NCBI GenBank assembly: GCA_963667175.2
Contig: CAXXXF010000002.1
Coordinates: 1-64,000 of the forward strand
Source of the DNA: Candidatus Latescibacterota bacterium
GTDB lineage: Bacteria > Latescibacterota > UBA2968 > GCA-2709665
Direction of reading: 5' to 3'
Length of the DNA stretch: 64,000 nucleotides
A program made the position numbers and the translations under genes. Under the pieces are notes generated by a model. The model worked only from the letters and a program-made list of their open reading frames with translations. It was not told the DNA's origin and did no database searches. Below, piece by piece: positions 57,775 to 64,000 of the stretch (its first letter is position 1; every line of letters starts with the position of its first letter).

Positions 57775-57804
57775 AAAAATAATGATTATCGAATTTCGAG
57801 TCAA
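57775..57804 (-). promoter_or_regulatory. Promoter with a Fur-family box
   Basis: TTGACT-17bp-TATTTT with GATAATCATTATT (57790-57778) overlapping the spacer and -10, upstream of two metal transporters. Confidence 0.6.
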
Positions 57805-57837
57805 GAACGACGTATTATATGGCACAAATACGGGCTG

Positions 57838-58605
57838 TCAAAGCGTCTCCCGAGCTGTCCCCCTGACGTAGCGCGGTCGGTTGTGAACCGGTCGGAACCC
57901 GATGCGCCGGTATACGCTTTCGGCGGCGCTGCCGGCAGCCACTTCGAGCCCGGTCCATCGATTGCCCAACGCATGGGAGTCCGCGACCGCTCGAGCCGTC
58001 AACGCGGATGCCACGCCTCGGCGGCGGTATTCCGGCAGCGTGCCGACGAAGTCCACGCAACCCATGCCGTATGCGGAGTAAAGCAACGTGGTTCCCGCCG
58101 GCTCTCCGTCCACGGTTGCAAGGTAGAGCCGTGCCTCGGGAATATCGAGAACCCTTCGGCCCAGTACGCCAACGTCGGCCGGAAAATCGAAGCTGCGGCA
58201 CATGGTGTCCGCCCAGATTCCGTACCTGCCCGGAACCGGTTCTTCGATCCGGACGGATCCGGGAACGACGGGTTGTACGACCCGGTCGCAGCGCATCGCC
58301 ACGGCCTGCATGCCAAGACTGAATCCGCGGCGCTCCAATCGATGCGCCAGATCCGGTGGACGGTCCACGGGAGACAGGGTGAACGCGCATTCGAAGTCCC
58401 TGGCCCTGAAATGGTCAAGCGCGCTGTCAATCATTGTGTCCACTCGTGTCCGGGGCACGTCGATCTGTACGACGCGGTGCAGCATAGGCACTTTGACGCG
58501 GTCGTTGCTGAGTGCCAGGGCCCCGCCCAGATCGTGGCTGACGCACCAGCGCGCGCGGAAGCCGATCCAGAGTTTTTCGAAAACTGACGAGAACCGGTCA
58601 GGCAC
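57838..58605 (-). CDS. GNAT acetyltransferase
   Basis: VGTLPEYRRRGVA and VYRRIGF motifs. Confidence 0.88.
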   Translation of the reverse strand: MPDRFSSVFEKLWIGFRARWCVSHDLGGALALSNDRVKVPMLHRVVQIDVPRTRVDTMIDSALDHFRARDFECAFTLSPVDRPPDLAHRLERRGFSLGMQAVAMRCDRVVQPVVPGSVRIEEPVPGRYGIWADTMCRSFDFPADVGVLGRRVLDIPEARLYLATVDGEPAGTTLLYSAYGMGCVDFVGTLPEYRRRGVASALTARAVADSHALGNRWTGLEVAAGSAAESVYRRIGFRPVHNRPRYVRGTARETL

Positions 58606-58882
58606 GGGACTTTACGCCCTCCGGGATTCTGTTCTGTTTCGTGGCGCGGGCGCCAACGTGACGGCCTGCTTCCCGATACCTACCCGTCGAATTCAAACCG
58701 ACAGCCTTTGCGATCGTCTGCCACGTTTGTATATTGTCTTGCATTTGAAAGCGGGTCGGCCAACCGGGAATTGCAACTTCCCGCCCTGTGTTCCGTATAA
58801 TGGTCGTATCGGACGACCGTGCCGCCGGGGTGGGAAATTTCGCCAGTTCTTTTAACGTACGCGGAAAACGAGGTCCTGCAAA

Positions 58883-59860
58883 ATGAGATTCATCGTAACC
58901 GGAAGCAACGGCTTCATCGGCCAGAATTCATGCCGCAGCCTGGCCGCGCTCGGACACGAAGTCATCGGCGTGGACGATTTGTCTTCCGGGACCCCTCCCA
59001 ACGGCGTGAGCGGCGTTCAGTACCACACCCGCAGCGTTGTGGATGCGGATTGGCTCGTAGGACTCCTGAAAGACACGGTCCCGGACGCGGTCCTTCACCT
59101 GGCGGCAAAGCCGAGGGTGCCGTATTCGGTGCGGAATCCGCTGCGCAGCGCCGAGGCGAACGCGATGGGGACGCTGTCTGTACTCAACGGGATTCTAAAG
59201 GCTCAACTGGCAGAGAAAACCCGGCTGGTTTTCGCCAGCAGCAGCGCGGTTTTCGGCGACGCGACGGCCCTCCCGACCCCGGAGACGTACCCCTCGAATC
59301 CACAGTCGCCGTACGCGCTGGCAAAGCTTCATGGCGAGCAATGGTGCGACCTGTTTCATCGCTTGTACGGCCTGGACGTGGTGAGCCTGCGGTATTTCAC
59401 TGTGTTCGGACCGGGCGCGCTCTACGGCGGCGCCTATTCCATGGTCCTGTCGGCCTGGCCCTACCATCTTTTCGTAGATCCTTCGTACCAGCCCTACCTG
59501 GAGGGCGACGGGACCCAGACACGGGATTTCTGCTTTGTCGACAACGTCGTCGAGGCGAACGTCGCCGCGGCCACCCGGGAACGAGGCTTTGCGGCGGACG
59601 TTCTGAACGTGGGACAGGGCGAGGCCCACACCCTGCTCGAGGTCAAGGACATTCTCGAGGACGTCGCCGGCAGGAAGCTCACTCTTGAACGCCGGCCGCC
59701 CCGCGTCGGCGACGTCGCCCACTCCCTGGCCGACATCGGGCGCGCCCGGGCGGAACTCGGGTTCGAGCCGTCGACCGACTTCACCACACAGATCGAACGA
59801 ACGGCGATGTGGTACCGCGATTGTTATCCGCAACGGCGTTCGGAAAGTGATGGCGAGTAG
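58883..59860 (+). CDS. NAD-dependent epimerase/dehydratase
   Basis: TGSNGFIG, ASSSAVFG, YALAK and DGTQTRDF motifs. Confidence 0.92.
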   Translation: MRFIVTGSNGFIGQNSCRSLAALGHEVIGVDDLSSGTPPNGVSGVQYHTRSVVDADWLVGLLKDTVPDAVLHLAAKPRVPYSVRNPLRSAEANAMGTLSVLNGILKAQLAEKTRLVFASSSAVFGDATALPTPETYPSNPQSPYALAKLHGEQWCDLFHRLYGLDVVSLRYFTVFGPGALYGGAYSMVLSAWPYHLFVDPSYQPYLEGDGTQTRDFCFVDNVVEANVAAATRERGFAADVLNVGQGEAHTLLEVKDILEDVAGRKLTLERRPPRVGDVAHSLADIGRARAELGFEPSTDFTTQIERTAMWYRDCYPQRRSESDGE

Positions 59861-59943
59861 AAAAGAGACACGGCGGGCACGGGGAGCGGACGAAGTCGCC
59901 GCGAAGGTCTGAAAGTGCAAACCCGACGCTCGGGCTGGAAGAG

Positions 59944-60020
59944 TGGTGGGCGATACTGGATTCGAACCAGTGACCTCCTGCTTGTAAGGCAGGCGCTCTA
60001 ACCGGCTGAGCTAACCGCCC
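59944..60020 (-). tRNA. tRNA-Val(TAC)
   Basis: GGGCGGTTAGCTCAGCCGGTTAGAGCGCCTGCCTTACAAGCAGGAGGTCACTGGTTCGAATCCAGTATCGCCCACCA: cloverleaf, anticodon TAC, encoded CCA. Confidence 0.97.
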
Positions 60021-60331
60021 ACGGACTTGTCGGACGCCTCGTCGGGCGGTTTTTTCGATTCGCCCAGCAGGAGGCCGAGTGGGATCAGCACGCAATACCC
60101 AATAACCAGCAGAATGGGCGCAAGCGTGAGGGACAGGAAACCATCGACCGGGGGTTGGGACAGGCAAAGGTAACCAATCAGTATCGTCCCTGCGCCCGCC
60201 CCCAGGAAGATCCAGTTCCTGCGGGTATAGGGCAACGGACGCCCGGCCAGCGCCCGCCGCTGTGTCTGAGCCCTGCGTCCCGTGCGGCCGCGAGGGCGTC
60301 GTCCTGGATTGCGCGTCGCCATCCGATTCAC
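60011..60331 (-). CDS. DUF3098-like small membrane protein
   Basis: LPYTRRNW...IGY...GFLSLTLAPILLVIGY; two TM segments. Confidence 0.75.
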   Translation of the reverse strand: MNRMATRNPGRRPRGRTGRRAQTQRRALAGRPLPYTRRNWIFLGAGAGTILIGYLCLSQPPVDGFLSLTLAPILLVIGYCVLIPLGLLLGESKKPPDEASDKSVGG

Positions 60332-60343
60332 CCGTGTGGTCGG

Positions 60344-60697
60344 TTACGTGGCCCGTTTCTCCGCAATCCTCGCGGCCCTGCCCTGCAGCGTGCGCAGGTA
60401 GGTAATGCGGTTCCTGCGGACCTTGCCACTCCGAATCAACTCGATTCTGGCCACCCGCGGTGAATGGAGTGGAAAAATCTTTTCAACGCCCACACCGCCC
60501 ACCACCATCTTGCGTACGGTAAAGGTCTCGTGGACCCCGTGGCCCCGACGCTGGATCACCACGCCCTCGAACAGCTGCGTGCGCTCCTTCTCGCCTTCCA
60601 CCACCCGCACGTGCACCCGCACGGTGTCCCCGGCCCCGAATGCCGGCACGTCGGACTTGATCTGCTCCTCCGACAACGATCTCAACAACGCATCCAT
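60344..60697 (-). CDS. rplS: 50S ribosomal protein L19
   Basis: [26 protein letters not shown]...[11 protein letters not shown]. Confidence 0.97.
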   Translation of the reverse strand: MDALLRSLSEEQIKSDVPAFGAGDTVRVHVRVVEGEKERTQLFEGVVIQRRGHGVHETFTVRKMVVGGVGVEKIFPLHSPRVARIELIRSGKVRRNRITYLRTLQGRAARIAEKRAT

Positions 60698-60821
60698 GGG
60701 AACACTCCTGAAACGATGAAATTCGTCGGTCGAAAAACTGCCGCCGCAATTGCATGCTGAATGGGCGTCGAAATCCTGCAGCCAGGGGCCACAATCTCCC
60801 GTGCCCGCCGGCATTGCGGCT

Positions 60822-61529
60822 TCATGAGCCGGATCTGCGGCCGGACTCGCACATATTGTAAAGGTCCGGTCGCCGCTTCCGGGTCCGTTCTACCGCCGCG
60901 TCGTGCCGCCAGCTTGCAATCTTCCGATGGTCGCCGCTCAACAGAACATCCGGAACCCGCAGCCCTTCGAACTCCCGGGGCCTTGTATACCACGGACAAT
61001 CCAGAAGTCCGTTTTGAAACGAATCCTCCAGGGCGGATTCCGCATCTCCCATCGACCCGGGAATCAATCGCACGACCGCATCCATCAACACCAGCGCGGG
61101 CAATTCGCCGCCACTCAAAACGTAATCGCCAACCGAAATTTCTTCAGTCACGTACAGTTCGCGAACCCGTTCGTCGATGCCCCGGTACCGCCCGCACAAT
61201 AACACCAGATTCGGCGCAAGGGAAAGTCGGTTTGCCGTTTTCTGGTCCATCCGCTTTCCATCCGGCGTCAAAAAAATCACGTGCTCCAACGGCCGCCCGG
61301 CCTCCTGAATGGCCCCCAGCGCCCGCGCGATCGGTCCCGGCATGAACACCATGCCCGCGCCGCCGCCGCACGGGGTATTGTCCACCGTACGGTGCGCGTC
61401 GTCGGTAAAGTCGCGCAGATCGTGCGCAACGACGTCAACCAGGCCCGACCGGATCGCACGACCCGAAATTCCGTACGTAACGACGTCGCGAATCAGATCC
61501 GGAAATATGGTGAGGAAGTCGATATGCAT
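60822..61529 (-). CDS. trmD: tRNA (guanine37-N1)-methyltransferase
   Basis: [29 protein letters not shown] and YTRP motifs. Confidence 0.96.
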   Translation of the reverse strand: MHIDFLTIFPDLIRDVVTYGISGRAIRSGLVDVVAHDLRDFTDDAHRTVDNTPCGGGAGMVFMPGPIARALGAIQEAGRPLEHVIFLTPDGKRMDQKTANRLSLAPNLVLLCGRYRGIDERVRELYVTEEISVGDYVLSGGELPALVLMDAVVRLIPGSMGDAESALEDSFQNGLLDCPWYTRPREFEGLRVPDVLLSGDHRKIASWRHDAAVERTRKRRPDLYNMCESGRRSGS

Positions 61530-61563
61530 CACGGCGTTTCCCGGCATGTCGCGTTCCGGACTG

Positions 61564-62094
61564 CTACTCCAGGAGTCCTTCCACGTTCTTCACGACCAGA
61601 CGCCCGCCCGCCAGATCGACCCGCACCAGATCCCTTGCGGCGGGTACCAGAACCTCCGTCCCATCCCGCCTGCGGATCACGTACAGATCGTTTCCGGGGT
61701 GGGAAATGACATCCGCCACAATTCCGATTTCCGCGCCGGTTTCCGTTTCCGCATTCAGCCCCACAATCTCAAATACATAGAACGTGTCTTCAGGAAGCCG
61801 ATACACCTGGTCGGCGGAGACCAGCAACTCGCTTCCCCGTAACGGCGCGACCGCCGTCGGCGTATCGATACCCGCGAACTTAATGGCCATCCGCCGTCCG
61901 CAGGTCCGCACGTGGTCGATCCCGAGTGTCAACCGGCTCCCGTCAGGTCGTTGGAGCAGAGTTCCGCTGAGTTCCTGAAACCGTTCCGGAAAATCCGTCA
62001 GGGGATGCAGAAACGCCTCACCCCCGAGACCCCTCGGTTTCAGAACCCTGCCGATGGCGACGAATTGTTCCCCACCCGCCGGATTTCTGGACAA
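61564..62094 (-). CDS. rimM: Ribosome maturation factor RimM
   Basis: IGRVLKPRGLGGE and FYVFEIVGL motifs; position in the operon. Confidence 0.93.
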   Translation of the reverse strand: MSRNPAGGEQFVAIGRVLKPRGLGGEAFLHPLTDFPERFQELSGTLLQRPDGSRLTLGIDHVRTCGRRMAIKFAGIDTPTAVAPLRGSELLVSADQVYRLPEDTFYVFEIVGLNAETETGAEIGIVADVISHPGNDLYVIRRRDGTEVLVPAARDLVRVDLAGGRLVVKNVEGLLE

Positions 62095-62097
62095 GGA

Positions 62098-62403
62098 CTA
62101 TTCCTCGACTTCAGGACCCGCGGCGTCCGTATCGTCCGAATCCGCCGCGGACCCGTCGCCTTCGTCCAGAATCCCCTGCTGTCGAAACAGGCTCTTCACG
62201 GTACCTGACGGCTCAGCGCCCAGATCCAGCCAGTGGCGCGCCCGCTCGGTATTCAAGCTCACGATCTGCGGATTCTCCGTCGGATCGTAATACCCCAGGC
62301 TTTCGATGAACCGACCGTCCCTGGGGGACCGGCTGTCTGCGACCACGACCCTGTAAAACGGCGCGTTCCTTGCGCCCTTGCGGGTCAATCGAATCCTTAC
62401 CAA
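62098..62403 (-). CDS. rpsP: 30S ribosomal protein S16
   Basis: VRIRLTRKG...[20 protein letters not shown]; TTG start behind AGGAGG. Confidence 0.97.
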   Translation of the reverse strand: MVRIRLTRKGARNAPFYRVVVADSRSPRDGRFIESLGYYDPTENPQIVSLNTERARHWLDLGAEPSGTVKSLFRQQGILDEGDGSAADSDDTDAAGPEVEE

Positions 62404-62471
62404 GAATTCATCCTCCTGATCTGAGAACCAACTGCCCGACGTCTGCTGCTTTGTGGATAACTGTCTGCGCT

Positions 62472-63800
62472 TCATCCCAAAAACGGCATGCCCGCACCGC
62501 GGCCGGTCTTCTCCATCCGCGTCATCCGTTTCATCATCTTGCGCATCATCCCGAACTGCTTGATCAGCCTGTTGACTTCCTGGACGCTGCACCCGCTCCC
62601 CTTCGCAATGCGCCGGCGCCTGCTGCCGTTCAGAATCCGGGGGCTTGCCCGCTCCTGCTTCGTCATCGACAGGATGATCGCTTCCGTGTGCACGAACGCG
62701 TCTTCATCCACCTGCATGCCCTTCATTGCCTTTCCCGCGCCGGGAACAAGGTCCATCAACTGGTTCAACGGCCCCATCTTGCGAACCTGGTCCAGCTGCT
62801 GCAGAAAGTCATCGAATGTAAATGCGGCGTTCCGAAGCTTCTTCTCCAGCTTCGCCGCCTGCTTCACGTCCACTGCGTCCTGAGCGCGCTCCACCAGCGT
62901 CACGACGTCGCCCATGCCGAGGATCCGGGACGCCACCCGATCCGGATGGAAGGGCTCGATTCCATCCACCTTTTCGCTGACGCCCGCGAACTTGATGGGC
63001 ACGCCCGTGACTTCGCGGATGGATAGCGCCGCGCCACCCCGCGTATCGCTATCGAGACGCGTAAGTACCACGCCCGTAAAGGTGAGTTGCTCGTAAAACG
63101 CCGTCGCCGCCGAGACCGCGTCCTGCCCTGTCATCCCGTCCGCCACAAACAGAATCTCATCCGGCGAGACGGTATCGCGTATCCGCTCCAACTCCCCCAT
63201 CCGGTCGTCGTCCACGTGCAGACGGCCGGCCGTATCCAGAATCACCGGGTCCATCCCGTCCGCCCGCGCCGCGTCCACGGCATCGGCGCAGATTACCACC
63301 GGATCGGTCCCCTCCGCCGTCCAGTGGACGGGAACGTCTATCGACGAGCCGAGTACGCGTAGCTGGTCGATCGCCGCGGGCCGGTATACGTCTGCCGCCA
63401 CGAGAAGCGGCCGCCTTCCCTTTGCTTTCAGGAGCCGGGCCAGCTTGGCGCACAGCGTTGTCTTGCCCGACCCCTGGAGACCGACAACCATGACCGCGTT
63501 GGGCGCCGGTCCGGGCAGATTCAACTCCTGATGCTCGTCTCCCAGGAGGTGAATCAGTTCGTCGTGCACGACCTTGACGACCTGCTGGCCGGGCGTAATG
63601 CTCCTCAACACCGCCCGTCCCATCGCCCGCTCCCTGACGCGGGCGACAAACGTCCTCGCGACCTTATAGTTGACGTCCGCCTCCAGAAGGGCGCGACGCA
63701 CGTCTCTCAGCGCTTCGTCGATATTGGCTTCGGCCAGCCTGCCGCGTCCGCGAAGCGTCCTGAAAACCCCTTCAAGCTTTTGACTGAGATGATCGAACAT
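62472..63800 (-). CDS. ffh: Signal recognition particle protein Ffh
   Basis: [21 protein letters not shown] and the M-domain [11 protein letters not shown]. Confidence 0.98.
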   Translation of the reverse strand: MFDHLSQKLEGVFRTLRGRGRLAEANIDEALRDVRRALLEADVNYKVARTFVARVRERAMGRAVLRSITPGQQVVKVVHDELIHLLGDEHQELNLPGPAPNAVMVVGLQGSGKTTLCAKLARLLKAKGRRPLLVAADVYRPAAIDQLRVLGSSIDVPVHWTAEGTDPVVICADAVDAARADGMDPVILDTAGRLHVDDDRMGELERIRDTVSPDEILFVADGMTGQDAVSAATAFYEQLTFTGVVLTRLDSDTRGGAALSIREVTGVPIKFAGVSEKVDGIEPFHPDRVASRILGMGDVVTLVERAQDAVDVKQAAKLEKKLRNAAFTFDDFLQQLDQVRKMGPLNQLMDLVPGAGKAMKGMQVDEDAFVHTEAIILSMTKQERASPRILNGSRRRRIAKGSGCSVQEVNRLIKQFGMMRKMMKRMTRMEKTGRGAGMPFLG

Positions 63801-64000
63801 GGCGCCGACCTGACGTTTATTCTCAAAAGGGACACAGAACATTAAAAATACGGGACGACAGGTTTTTACGCAACAAAAAACTCCAGAATCGGGCCCTGCG
63901 GAAGGCGGGCGCAATTGTGGAATCAGCGTGCGGCGTTGTGGCCCGATCCACCGTCCCGTCCCTGGGTATCCGCGGGGTTTCCGGACCGCTGGAGCCCGCT

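Noticed and set aside
59944-59970. tRNA-Val 3' end as the attachment site of an island
   Set aside because: No integrase gene and no duplicated tRNA 3' end seen in this window; cannot be excluded beyond it.
1-64000. CRISPR array, cas genes, prophage, rRNA, reverse transcriptase
   Set aside because: No regularly spaced repeats or diagnostic proteins found by eye.

Overview
GC-rich bacterial chromosome segment. The gene content (expanded PhyH dioxygenases, DUF6785-type membrane proteins, GH42-like TIM barrels) resembles Latescibacterota/Poribacteria-like lineages; this taxonomy is inference only. The right end holds a core translation cluster (ffh-rpsP-rimM-trmD-rplS, a small membrane protein gene, tRNA-Val). 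The rest is carbohydrate/oxygenase/transport genes interspersed with lower-GC defence and toxin-antitoxin genes, many of them broken. The most striking structure is a three-level nest at 19.9-24.5 kb. A BseCI/ClaI-like type II restriction endonuclease gene is split by a 1825-bp insertion bounded by CTAG. The insertion has no terminal inverted repeats, has a GCGAAGC mini-hairpin at one end and a structured leader, and encodes one ~534-aa protein with no motif of the classical transposase families I know (possibly Rep_trans-like plus wHTH). That gene is itself frameshifted by a 19-bp CCTGCCTGC..GCAGGCAGG palindrome, relatives of which occur at 15.5 kb (nested inside each other) and 36.6 kb. Other candidates are an uncharacterised three-gene operon led by a Tse2/ART-like protein, a HipA-kinase/HIRAN pair, and duplicated AT-rich IHF-like sites around AlbA/wHTH genes. 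Several genes carry frameshifts that may be sequencing errors. All family assignments are by motif recognition, with no database search.
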